Part shown: positions 37,991-50,895 of the stretch, one piece after another
Numbering within the stretch: the stretch's first letter is position 1
How the letters are laid out: each line of letters opens with the position of its first letter
NCBI GenBank assembly: GCA_951406725.2
Contig: OX597814.1
Span: 119,226,001-119,290,000, forward strand
Length of the DNA stretch: 64,000 nt
Source: Octopus vulgaris
Taxonomy: Eukaryota
Reading direction: 5' to 3'
Translations under genes and position numbers: made by a program
Notes under the pieces: model-generated
The model's input: the letters and a program-made list of their open reading frames with translations, nothing else
Database searches by the model: none
Told to the model about the DNA's origin: nothing

Positions 37991-39760
37991 AACAACTTAC
38001 AAGATGAGAACAAATATCGTCAAATGTAAACTATGTAAATCATGTTCATGAAATATGTTCCACATCATACAGATGATATAGCTCTCACGGTAGAGTTGGA
38101 GGGAGTAATGCCCGAGCTTTTTGAGTCAATCCTAATAATTAAGGATTGTCATGTCATCTATTTTTTGTGTGTGTAATTGACCTCTGTTTCGTGTGGGGGA
38201 CTACAGCAGACAACAGTATTCAATCCATTGTGGAAAGAATTATTTAAAATCCTAGAAGAAGGAAATATTCCCGACCTTCAATAAACGCAGTGTTAACACG
38301 CTCATTAATTGTTATTTCCTCTCTAAACCACTACATCATCAGTTACAAGATCCTCCGTTCTATTCAAAAGACCTGATGTGTAATCTGTCGAACAGTTTCA
38401 CCATAGATCAGCGAAGTAATTTGAAAATAAATTTAAAGAAATTGCTAAAGGCTGTTCTTATTCGAAAACACGCAGATAAATTCTAATTAATCCTCTTGAT
38501 AAACTTGTATAGGTCAACAGCAACAACAAACATTAAACTCAACAACTCTCATCGCTGACCTCAACAATGACCTCTCAATTGTCCCTGCTAACGTCTCTGT
38601 CTATCAGCTACTAACATACGTCAGCCTTCCACCCTTCTTCACACTCACTACGCCCATTATACTACGACAAAGCAGTCACTTTTCTGTTTCCTCAAACACC
38701 TCTACCTTAGATATTCATTTATTTATTTATTCATTCATTCATTCATCCATTTTCAAGCCATGACAGACAGAGGAAGGTATACAATAACTAAACAATAAAA
38801 TCAAATACAAAACGAAAATCAGAGAGAAAGAGAAATGAAGAAGGATGGATGAGGGGGCGGTTAAATGCCTCTGTAGCTAAATCTTTTTTGTAGCCTTCTT
38901 ACAACTAACGGCAATGAGCAATGTTAAAATAAATAGATAAATAAATAAATAAATAAAATAAGCAGATCTCTAGCTTGCCATTGTTTTCCTTATCATCATA
39001 AGACAGTGTCAACACAAAATTTGAATTTACCCACTACTTTCACAAGGCCTCTGTCTGGAACAAAGATAATAATATAACAACTCTTCCTTCTGTAAACACG
39101 CGGCCAGAGGTATTGGATAAAGCGGGGGACTATTCGATTTTATATTGATGCCACACTTCAAATGTTACTTATTTTCCCGACCCCCGAAAAGATAAAAGGA
39201 ACAGTCGAAATTGGCGGTATTTGAAAACAACGTAAACACAAACGAAGTGACGAGAAGCGTTTTGTCCAGCGGGATATAAATTCTGCCAATATAAAATAAA
39301 TCTCACTCCATCTATGAAAATAATGTATTCTTTTGCTCTTTTATGTGTTTCAGTCCAATGACTGTGGCCATGCTGAAGCAACGCCATTGTGATCATCTTT
39401 CCACTTTCCACATTTGTCGGAGCGGCATTTGGTTGAAGGAAGGAGTTCGATGCTACTGCCCTCTTTTGAGTTTCTTGCTTAGATATTGGCTCATCCGGGA
39501 TATGTGTGTGTGTGTATAGTCACTTATGAATTACGAGGAGCGCGAATGTTGTAAACGTGATACATGCACAATCTGTGTATTTTGATAGTTCGTTGATGGC
39601 TGCGATGTGAGGCGGAGGAGAGGAATGTCTTAAAGCACCGATTGTCAAAACAATTGAAATTCATAGTCATAGAGAAGGGAGACGACTCAGTTCAAATACC
39701 ATTCAGGAGCGATGTACATCGATGTTTAACCATTATTGTAGCTTATATATATATATATAT

Positions 39761-39924
39761 AGGCGCAGGAGCGGCTGTGTGGTAAGTAGCTTGCTTACCA
39801 ATCACATGGTTCCGGGTTCATTCCCACTGCGTGGCACCTTGGGCAAGTGTCTTCTACTATAGCCTCGGGCCGACCAAAGCCTTGTGAGTAGAACTTGTAG
39901 ACGGAAACTGAAAGAAGCCCGTCG

Positions 39925-39930
<6 letters not shown>
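39761..39930 (+). mobile_element. Family A SINE 5' half
   Basis: Match to 30537-30700. Confidence 0.88.
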
Positions 39931-39964
<34 letters not shown>

Positions 39965-40202
39965 AATTATCGACTCATATATAACGTGTGTTTCACTTAG
40001 ATGCGGAGTTTCAAAGAACACTAAATGTCTCGGACCAGGTGAGACAGCATGCCTCGAGGGTGGATATACACATTTCACCGTATTATCGATTCACCTCGAA
40101 ACGGATCGTATCGCCGGTCAGAATTATGTGGGAAAATGTTGATGTGCTGCAGGGTAGCACATCAACTCTTTTCATTTGAGAGACACACACAGACACATAC
40201 AT

Positions 40203-40274
<72 letters not shown>

Positions 40275-40617
40275 CATACATACAGGTGCATGCGTACACA
40301 ACTGTATGTATATGTAATAATTGTAGTCTAAAACACGAGTATGAAAGAGAAAAGAAATGCATAATTTCTTTGAAGAAGCAAAAAATAACTGAATTTTCAT
40401 TTGTTAAAAGAGAGACGATGAAGAATGGTTTGCTTTAATGGCAACAAACTTCAACATTAATAGGGACTTTGACACACCAAAGAATACGGATTAAACCAGA
40501 AGAAAGCGAAACTGGGCCGTTGTTATTTTCAATGATGTCAATAAATAGACGTTGTAGATATTTCTAATGGAAATGGTTGGTATGAGAACATTTGAAAATA
40601 CGCTTCAAGACGCGCGC

Positions 40618-40834
40618 ACGAACGCACATTATTAAATAAAGGGGAAGAAAGAGGTAGCTGAGTACTACAGCTGTTATACAAGCGTATTGGATATATCTTA
40701 CGTAATATTACGAACGCACATCATTAAATAATTGGGAAGGAAGAGGCAGTTGAGTACTACAGCTGTTTCACAAGCGTATTGGATATATCTTACGTAATAT
40801 AAGATATTGGATATATCTTACGTAATATTACGAA
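40618..40834. repeat. ~92-bp tandem duplication plus partial third copy
   Basis: acgaacgcacat...ggatatatcttacgtaatat repeated. Confidence 0.85.
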
Positions 40835-41232
40835 TTTCTCGTTGCTGTCTGGCGAAGATTCTTTTTGTTGTTTCTTTCGAAACCGAATTGTATTGGACCT
40901 GACATCTTATTAGTGTGCTTTGTTTCTTCTCCATATGGGAAGAATTGTATATGAAACACTGATTAGTAAATTTTAAAGATCACTTAGTAAGTCCCTTCTA
41001 TTTTCTAAGTAAAACAATCATATACATGATAGTAGTGAATTTCACATAGTCAACTATATATTTGCAGCGGCGACAACAGTTGTTTTCATTTTTTATGATT
41101 TAAATGATTGTTTTCTGTGTTCCAAACGTATAACCTATATATATAATATTATATACTCTTTTATTTGTTTCAGTCATTTGACTGTAGCCATGCTTGATAC
41201 TTTCGATTGATCTCACTTTGTTATCTATCTAG

Positions 41233-41325
<93 letters not shown>

Positions 41326-41328
<3 letters not shown>

Positions 41329-41642
41329 CGTTACGTTACGTGACGTGACCGAACAGGCTATCAGATGTTGCTACGCATCGCTGGTCACAATGCGCTTCGC
41401 ATTGTTTTAGCCTTCAAATGACGCCACTCCGCTGGCTAAGCGAGCAGGCAAACAGAAGAAAGAGTGAGAGAAAGTTGTGGCGAAAGAGTACAGCAGGGAT
41501 CCCACCCCCCGCTGCCAGAGGCTTGTGGAGCTTTGAATGTTTTCGCTCAATAAACATTCACAATGCCCGATCTGGGAATCGAAACCGCGATCCTACGACC
41601 GCGAGTCCGCTGCCCGAACAACGGAGCCATTGCGCCTCCACA
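41326..41642 (-). mobile_element. tRNA-headed SINE, family C, tail type 1
   Basis: Minus-strand head gtggaggcgcaatggc...cggtttcgattccc; 5' half shared with 57283-57657. Confidence 0.85.
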
Positions 41643-41658
41643 CACACACACACATATG

Positions 41659-41722
<64 letters not shown>

Positions 41723-42296
41723 TGTGTGTGTGTATATATATATACACATTCATATAAATATATATCTAAACTTATATCTATCTGCGTGTGTGCACGCGCG
41801 CGTGCGTGCACGTGTTTGAGGCGGCACGCGTGTGTATAGGTTGGTGAGTATAAAGACTCGACAGTACATCAGAAATTCATTGAAATAAATGATTTTAATC
41901 GAAGCTTTCTGGCAAGACAGTCACATTGAATCATAAGTTAAATTGCTGCGAAATATATTTAAAACCATATTACATCCATATGGAGAACTTTAGTTTGAAA
42001 ATCACAGCCGATCTTTGACATGATACACGTCTGCGTTCAGAGATAGAAGATACTCCGGAATTTTGACAGATAATCAATTTCTTGACGCCACCAGGGATTT
42101 ACTATAACAAAATTACTGTTCTTTCTATGAATAAGAATTGTATTTCAACTTTTAAAACAATCATATACATGATAGTAGTGAATTTCACATAGTCAACTAC
42201 ATTTGCTGCGGCAACAACACTTGTTTTCTTTTTTTATGATTTAAATTATTGTTTTCTGTGTTCCAAACGCATAACCTATATATATAGTGTTATATA

Positions 42297-42870
42297 CTCT
42301 TTACTCTCTTTTATTTGTTTCAGTCATTTGACTGTGGCCATGCTGGAGCACCGCCTTTAGTCGAGCAAATCGACCCCAAGATTTATTCTTTGTAAGCCTA
42401 GTACTTATTCTATCGGTCTCTTTTACGGGGACGTAAACACACCAGCATTGGTTGTCAAGCGATGTTGAGGGTACAAACAGACACACACACACACACATAT
42501 ATACGACGGGCTTCTTTCAGTTTCCATCTACCAAATCCACTCACAAGGCTTTGGTCGACCCACTTGCCCAAAGTTCCACGCAGTGGGACTGAACCCGGAA
42601 CCATGTGGTTGGTAAACAAGCTACTTTATTTCATAACATTTGCCATAAAGGCAGTACATAGAGTAAACAAGCTACTTACCACACAGCCACTCCTACCCCT
42701 ATATATGCTGTTATTATCATCGACCCCTGTGTTCGAATTGTATCTAATTCGTCGACCCCGAATGGATGAAAGGCAAAATCGACTTCGGCAGACTATGAAC
42801 CCAGAATGTAAAGACGAAAGAAATGGCGCTAAGCATTGTGTCTGGCGTGCTAATGATCCTGACAGTTTCT
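42297..42870 (-). mobile_element. Family A SINE (42297-42700) followed by a family B remnant
   Basis: Reverse-complement matches to the other copies. Confidence 0.8.
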
Positions 42871-43092
42871 CCGCATCAATAGTAATAATAATAAACACCA
42901 TGATATAATGACTATGTCGATAGATGCTGCATCGTTATGGAAGCCTGATGCGTGACAGAAAAGCAGAGTCTGAGAGGGAAGAGGATGATTCCAGGATATT
43001 ATTGCATTTATTTATTCATAAATAGCCATGCGAAGGAAGCAAGGAGAGACTGAGGAAAAACAAAAAATAGAAGGAAAAGGAACAGAGTAATA

Positions 43093-43460
43093 CTCCTTTA
43101 CACTTTTACTTGTTTCAGTCATTTAACTGTGGCCATGCTGGAGCACCGCCTTTAGTCGAGCAAATCGGCCCCAGGACTTATTCTTTGTAAACCCAGTATG
43201 TATTCTATCGGTGTCTTTTGCCGAACCGCAAAGTTACTTGGTCGAAAACACACCACCATCGATTGTCAAGCGATGTTGGGGACACAAACACACACATAAA
43301 TATATACATATATTTCCGTCTACCAAATCCACTCACAAGGCTTTGGTCGGCTCGAAGCTATAGTAGAAGACACCTGCCCAAGCTGTCACGCAGTGGAAAT
43401 GAACTTAGAACCATGTGGTTGGTAAGCAAGCTACTTACCACACAGCCACTCCTGCAACCT
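43093..43460 (-). mobile_element. Family A SINE
   Basis: Reverse-complement match. Confidence 0.88.
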
Positions 43461-43900
43461 ATGTAAAAGTAAACTGAATATGAAAGAAAATTTAAAAATT
43501 TAGAAGCACTAGAGCCTAGTCAGCGAAATGAGAATGTGAAACGCAAAAATGGTGAGAAGTGTTTCTGTGGTAATTAGTGCATTCGGCACAACATCTAAAC
43601 TGCTACCTAATAGGCTAGAGTATACTAAAATTAAGACAACGACTGCAGAAGAATGTAAACATCATATTCTATACATATTGTATTACAATATATGTCATAT
43701 ACATTTGAGTTGGGAATTCTTGGAATGTTGTTTACAGGGTTATTATATATCAGAAGAGGAAGATGGAAAAAAATTTGGCAGGTTCATCCTCTTTCTGAAG
43801 AATGTCCAATTGGAAATTTCTTCCATACTAATCCAAAATGTAATTCCTATTAGAAAATGGAACATGTGAAATGCAACTTCTTGTATATATATATATATAT

Positions 43901-44107
43901 ATATTGAAAAAAACCGTCAGAATTTTGGAAAGAACTTTTTTTATTATTATATCTTCATTTTCATATTAGCGCTTTCGTTCGTCTTTCGAATTTGTCAAAA
44001 ACAATTCGAAATACAAGTTTGAAAGACGAACGAAAGTGTTAATATGAAAATGAAGATATAATAATAAAAAAGTTCTTTCCAAAATTCTGAAGACTTTTTT
44101 TCAATAT
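43901..44107. mobile_element. Fold-back element (~95-bp arms) with a decayed minimal hammerhead at the inner end of each arm
   Basis: Arms 43901-43995 and 44013-44107. Two-arm consensus (tg)acaa-GTTCG-aaaga-CGAAC-GAAAG-cg-CTA; tgacaa is one CpG transition from TGACGA. Confidence 0.8.
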
Positions 44108-44146
44108 TCAATTCTGTACATCACACCTAACACTCTATACACACAA

Positions 44147-44213
<67 letters not shown>

Positions 44214-44885
44214 ACTCTGCATTCAAACACATATATAACATGGCATTATAAGTTTTATGTGCAATCGTAACAGGTCTTGTATAGCTATTTGTGACAAAAA
44301 AGAAAAGTCATGTAATGTCATAGAGATTAGCTTCCCAGCAACTGTGAACATGTCTTCCCCAATCAGTGAGACGGAGATTATTATTCAACAACTACTTAGA
44401 TACATGCAACTTTCACACCATGATCATGAATATACATTTACACCAATAATCATTAGTACACTCAGTAATGTTAATAAACGTTTAAGCTACAATATGAAAA
44501 AGCTAGGATTATGAAGATCGACTAATACGAACTTTTCAGATAATATGTGTATTCGTTACATAACGACATTTACGAAGGTCGTTAAGTAACAATTATTTGT
44601 GTTGTCATCAACATTTCAGTGATGCAACATTTATTTCTTTGTTATTAATCAGCTACATTTTCCTAAAAAGAATAATAATAACGAAAATGTACAGGTGTGC
44701 CATTATTCAGGAGCGGATTATAGCTTGGTAATATGTACTTCAGGTTCGCTGATAATGATGCTTATGTAATCACAGGCTGATATATTGAACGCTTCTGCCA
44801 CCTCACGAATATCCAAATGTAAAACTTGGAGGTAAAGAAGAATGAACTGCCACCCGCTTGGTAGAGTACATACAAACAAATACGC

Positions 44886-44917
<32 letters not shown>

Positions 44918-45263
44918 AGTTATGTGGTTAAAATTTTCGCTTCCCAACCGTGGCAGATTTTAATGTTTTTAATACTGTATTACGACGCCGACCAAAGCCT
45001 TGTAGGTGGATTTGGTTAACGCATTGTCTAGTGAATCCACTCCAAAGAAAACCCGTATTATTTGTTGACCAATGTTATCAAGTGAAATTCACAATCAGAC
45101 TTTTCGTTATAAATGTTACACTCATGCAAACCTCCACATCAATATATACACGTGTGTGTGTCTTTAATCGAATGGTGGTACTCAGTCGTGAATCTTTTGC
45201 ACATCCAAGTTGAGTGTAAACATCATTATTTAAGTTATGGTTGGTTGAATTTGTCTGTCCGTC

Positions 45264-45376
<113 letters not shown>

Positions 45377-47869
45377 AGTCAGATAGAAGTGTACACCGTT
45401 GCATAGCAATTGACTTTCAAATACTTGGTAAGTACAAAAATTGTCCTACTTATTTGCAAAAAAGCAAAGTATAAGAGAAAGCGATTTATAGAATTTAGCA
45501 GAGATACGAAACTTGGACATTCTGCCCAATATCCAAGATGGAACCTTCATTCCAACAGTAAAAACAGAAATGATGGTTGCTCTGTCGCTCTCTCACATTC
45601 ACTATTCCCTTACTGCATTGAGCTGGTTATAGCAACGTTGATCACTGTTTGCCAATTTGCAAAATACTGAATTTGAAACTAGCAAAAGAATAAAAGCTTG
45701 TACTTCTAAGGTAGTATCCCTAATGAAATTCTCAATTCATAATCGAATCTATAATTTCATAATTCTAGTTTCGCAGTTTCTAATATAAATATGTAAGCGC
45801 AGCTATATACACACAAAATTAATACAAGTATGTGTTTAAATGAGTATATATAACAAAACATATTGGATTCGAAGTAATGCATCTCTTTATCTGTTGTAAA
45901 TATTCACTCCACATACATATGCATTTTCTGAGCTCTATCTGCTTTTGAAGCTGAAATTCATTTAATTTGAATTCTACTCAAACACTGAATTCTAAATTTA
46001 GGATTTTAAATGCATAATATAATCGATGTTAAATTATATGGTTTCTTCAATTTTCTGAATTTATTTCGACTTTTAATATCTAATATGCTATCACTTAACA
46101 TATTGACAATGGTTTAATCCCACCTAGCTAATATCTAGCAAATATATATTGCCACAATGCTTCATATTATGCACAACCTTTATTACAAATCTAGAACTAC
46201 AAAATGTAACTAAATATCTTCTTGTGACTTTTGGTTTAACATTATACATCAAAACAAAAAAAAAGAAGAAAAGTATGCCATGTTATATCGTTTGCTGTTA
46301 ATTTAAAATGTGAGAATTTGTGAAAATTTCAAATAGTTGAACTGTGTAGAAACTCTGATAGAAATATCCATGTGTTTAATTGTACTGTTTCAAAAGCTTA
46401 AACTCTTTAAGTCTTAAATTCAGTGAATTAAGCTAACATTCCTATATCTATACACTCTAATTTCTCTATATCTGGTTAATGTACTTAATTCCTCCATATT
46501 TAATCTACTTAGAAATGATACAAACATGAAAACAAGGCATGGATGATGCAGTTACTTTATGCAATTTAAATATCTATTTAAAATCTTGCTTTACTGAACA
46601 AATTTCTGGTGTAATGGTATTGAGAGACTAAATTAACTATATCTGCATCTTAATGGGTTTGAAATGGGGTTGGGATTAATCTATCTTTCAAAACTATCAC
46701 TGAAGATATATTCAACAAAGATAAGGCATAAATTTGCAATCGTATTCTAGAATACTGTTACCACGTGATTCCTTGTTAACATTTATGTAAATAATTATAC
46801 TGCAATAACTAACATCGACCTGTTAATTTGAGATATACCAGCATGTGTTACAAAATATATTTTCTCACTTACGGAAACACACACTAACATAAATACATAT
46901 ATGTACATACACACATACGTATATACATACATACATACACACACATATATGTATACATATACGTGTGTGTACATATATATGAATATATACATATGAATAT
47001 ATACATATGAATATATATATATATATATATATACATGCATATCAGTATACCTAGAGGCATACATATACATACATATACATATGCATGCATTTATCAGCAT
47101 TAAGGCCAAGTGTGAGTTAACATTTATCATAGATTAAGTTGAAGTCAAAACCAACCATGGATTAGTAACAACTTCCATTTGTACGCTGATTCACTGAATG
47201 TTGATAACAGAATTTCTTTTTTTCTCAGACGTATAATTGATTAATTGTGGATTTTACTTTCAAAATTTCTACAAACTATGAAATCAAGAATACGGCGTTT
47301 GACATGCTGCAGCAAATTATCTATGTTTTATATGGACATTAAGCACATTAACTTCATGTCTCCGTAATCAATTATAAACTGTCTTCCGCGTTAAGCGGTG
47401 TCGGATCTGGCTGCATTGTACATTAATTCTATTGCATAAACAAATGCTGGTTACATTCTTACCAAGAAAAGCTTCACCCGATTGAATGGGAATATGCAGT
47501 GAAAAATATGTAAATGTCAGCGGGTGCGTATATCTCTGTGGAAAAACTATTTGCTCGTTTCTATATTTCATTTCGTTTACCTCGTATGGCATTGGATTAT
47601 ACGCATATTTGAAAAGCTAAAAATGACTTAAAACCTGTAGAAATATATAAAATTGCCTCTGACCTGCACCTGCGAATGCTGTTGATAGAATAACATACAA
47701 TAACACAGAATACTTAAGTTTAAAGCGATTTATATCATTAACTTTATTGAAAGATTAATACAGACATTGGGAGAAAATGCCTTTCACATCTATTATTCAG
47801 AATACTATTAGAAGCATCACACTATAATTCTGTCCTAACAAAGAAAATGTAATGTCAAGAATTAAACTG

Positions 47870-48135
47870 GTATTCCGTCGGTTACAACGACAAAGTTTCC
47901 AGTTTATCCAAGGCATGAAACAGCCTGCTCGTGAACTTAACGTGCAAGTGAGCACGCCATTGATACGCTTACTTTTAAAGTAAGTCTCAGGAAGTTTTAG
48001 CGGAATGTGACAAGGCTGGCCCGTTGAAATGCAGTTAGAATTCATTTTTGTCTTTCCCAGTTCATTTTTTCATTCCGCTTGGAATTGAACTCAAAACCTT
48101 CTGACATTACGATAGTGAACCGAATACCCTAACCC
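47870..48135 (-). mobile_element. Old SINE sharing the tail of 57283-57657
   Basis: acagcctgctcgtgaa..ttaacgtgcaagtg..tgtgacaaggctggccc shared. Confidence 0.7.
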
Positions 48136-48599
48136 CTATAATGTCATATAAATGATATAGAAATACTGTATCGTTGGTAAAGCGAAAGTTAATGACATTA
48201 TTTAATGATGCAAAACTACAACTCTACAAAATTATATTTGAGCACACTATGAAGTTATTTTTGTTGACAGGCAACACTTTGTATTACTTCGTGAATGTGG
48301 TCCTCTTGAAGGCTGAGAGCAAGGAAATTCTCAGGTGGTTCCAGATTGTTGTTACTAATACCGTTACATTTATCTAAAGTGAGTCTAATAGACAACTACA
48401 CCGAGAATTAGTGCAAGGCAAGACATCAAGAAAAGTGCTGTTTTGACTCAATACAATTAACATGAAAATTTGTTATCGGTATATCTATAACACTTGAGTG
48501 ATAGTAGTTTGAAACTAGCCAGTTCCGAGAAGCAACGTTTACAGCACTAGAATTTAAAAATAAAAACCATCACAAATGTCAGTGGAGCTTAAACTAGAG

Positions 48600-48800
48600 G
48601 GTTTTGTGGTTGCCTTCTTTTGAAGTCAGTCAAGTGGACTTTCTTTGATTTCGTTATAAGCTGCTTGTGTGATGTAGAAGCAACACTCCAGATATGGAAG
48701 CAATAAGCGATTGCATGTTTTATATGATCTTTGAAGAGGACTAGTGGTTTCTCGAGAAGGTTGGAGTAGCTTGAATGATTGAAAAAATATGTTTCTTTGT
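48600..48800 (-). mobile_element. Jockey/I-like LINE RT remnant
   Basis: Minus frame LVLFKDHIKHAIAYCFHIWSVAS resembles LLxLYKAQIRPxMEYCSHIWGGA. Confidence 0.55.
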
Positions 48801-49196
48801 GATTTTAATCTGTGAAAGTTTGGAACGACCCAAAATAGTAACAAAAATAGATACTATTAAAAATTGCGTAGTTTCCAACGGGGACAGAAATGATTGGAAA
48901 TAACTGAACATACTACAGCATGCTTTATACATTCCAAGATCTCTCGCATTAATGCTAATATTGGATGTTTAGAATAATTAGAACAACTGTATATACTCTT
49001 GTATAATTACAAATAGCAAGCTGGCTGATTTATGCTGCAATGTTACTAAGAATCGCAATTAAAATATTTAGACTCACAAAAGATACAAAATATTACAATA
49101 AAAAATACACAGTACATTTTTTGCCATTGGCGTTATTGAATGTTCAAAAACATTAGGCAACAGTAACTAAGCAAATAATTATGTGTAAATATTTAC

Positions 49197-49445
49197 CTTC
49201 GTTTGAGTCGTACAAATAATGTACTCTTCTCCAACCGTAGAATTTCACCATGTCTATCACTGCATTTGTATGATCAGGACGCAAGTAAATTTCGAAGTTT
49301 GGTTGCTCTGGGTCAACAGTAAAGGAAAGACCTGGAGAGACGAAGGGCATACGGAATCGTCTACTGTAGGATTCGACTACTTCAACTGATGAACTGTCTA
49401 TTACACCAAATAGGACAAAAGAACCATTTTCCATGTGACCACAGA
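49197..49445 (-). CDS. Internal exon of an ionotropic glutamate receptor (AMPA/GluA-like), amino-terminal LIVBP-like domain
   Basis: Encodes (x)CGHMENGSFVLFGVIDSSSVEVVESYSRRFRMPFVSPGLS..FEIYLRPDHTNAVIDMVKFYGWRRVHYLYDSNE(G), matching the AMPA ATD pattern CSQ..GVFAIFG..S..PF..P..RP..AL..I..Y.W..F.Y.YDS.RG. Acceptor tttctttgcag|, donor |gtaaat; 249 bp, phase 1/1. Confidence 0.92.
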
Positions 49446-49491
49446 CTGCAAAGAAATAGAAATCGGGAGATATAATATACATAGTGTGTGA

Positions 49492-49546
<55 letters not shown>

Positions 49547-50499
49547 ATAAAAAAAAACAAATGTAAATAATTTCAATGTAAAATTAGATAGATAGACTCA
49601 CACACACTCAAGCACATATATATGATATGTACATACAAACACACACACACGTGTGTGTGTTTATGTATATATATATATATGAATATATGTATTTGGAATA
49701 GAACATCCTGTTTGTATGTGTGTGTGTGTTTGTGTGTGAGTGCACGTTGTTATGCACATTACAAAACACAAATACAGTTGTGCGTGTATATTATGTTAAT
49801 ATTCTATACTTGTAGAAAATCGACCGATAAACTTAGGCGTAACAACATTCCTGTAAAGTATACATAATTCTAATGCTCATCGGAGAGAAACAGCACCGGA
49901 TGCATAATTCATAAATTAAATATAGATAAAATAAAGTAATAGATAAATAACAGAAAACGAAAGAATTCAATTACTTACAGCGGAATCAGTTTCCACTACT
50001 TATTCTTAAATGTTCCAAACTCATACCTTAGATTATTATTCACTCCCACTCGGTAATGTACCATATTCATTGCGCACAGTTAGTGAGCCATTAAGATCAC
50101 TAACAGAAATAAAGTATCTCAACATACAGAAGGATTTAGGAATGAGAATAGAGGTTCGTTTTATGACTCATTAATTAGGAACATCTACGAGGTGTTCGTG
50201 TTTATCGAATATAATAAAATGGTTAAATTGGAGAAAGCAGGATAATTTTAGAGTTCCCTGAGTACCGACACAATGCAGCTACACCGAAAATATCTGTTGT
50301 ATAACAGCAGGTCTATTTTGGAAAGCTAATGATCCCAAGTCCATTAATATTTCAAGACATTCACCGGCTCGTCTACCGAATACAATGTTGCTATTTGCTC
50401 TATGCTGCCACATATAGTAATAGACAACACGGGTTCATGAGCAGGATATTTATACTTATTGAAACTGTTGGTTAATATAGTTTATTTTACTCATTTGCG

Positions 50500-50895
50500 G
50501 GATGAGACTTGGCTAGCGTGGAGAACGAGGCAGTGGCCATAGCTTGCACAGGCCCTCCATGACCGGTGAGTTAGAAGCCATTCATTTCCCCCAGGCGTCT
50601 TCTAAATAAATAGCTGTTGGAAATACATGAACAGGGAGGAAATTCCAAGGGGTGGATATTCTGAGAAGGAAGAATTATTAGAGTGATTAATGCGGACCCT
50701 GAAATGTTAGACATAGCGAGGAAGATGTTAGGAGAGGTGAGTGAGATGAAGATGTTTGGTTAGAGATAACATGTGCCTAGCCAGATCCGAGGAGCAGGTG
50801 CCAATATACTCGTAGTATACATAGAAACATCAGTGAGAGGAGAGAGAGCATCTGTGGACAAGAGGCTGGAGTGTATCTGTGAGGGTTTCTGAACA
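50500..50895 (-). mobile_element. Jockey/I-like LINE 3' end, decayed
   Basis: Minus strand LQPLVHR..GTCSSDLA..WNFLPVHVFP resembles LQPLSHRR..GxCSxEL..LWNSLPxxVFP. Confidence 0.6.

Larger units (their letters stand above)
37705..38040. mobile_element. Head-to-head inverted dimer of a tRNA-headed, hammerhead-tailed SINE-like element
   Basis: Centre atatgcc-cgta-ggcatat (37873-37890); outer inverted ends tttacatttgacggatatttg / caaatatcgtcaaatgtaaa. tRNA-like head on - (37808-37880); HHR motif on + (37946-37990). Confidence 0.75.

Noticed and set aside
49153-49560. 135-aa ORF as a complete gene
   Set aside because: The start lies in a TA tract; only 49197-49445 is bounded by splice signals and homologous to iGluR.
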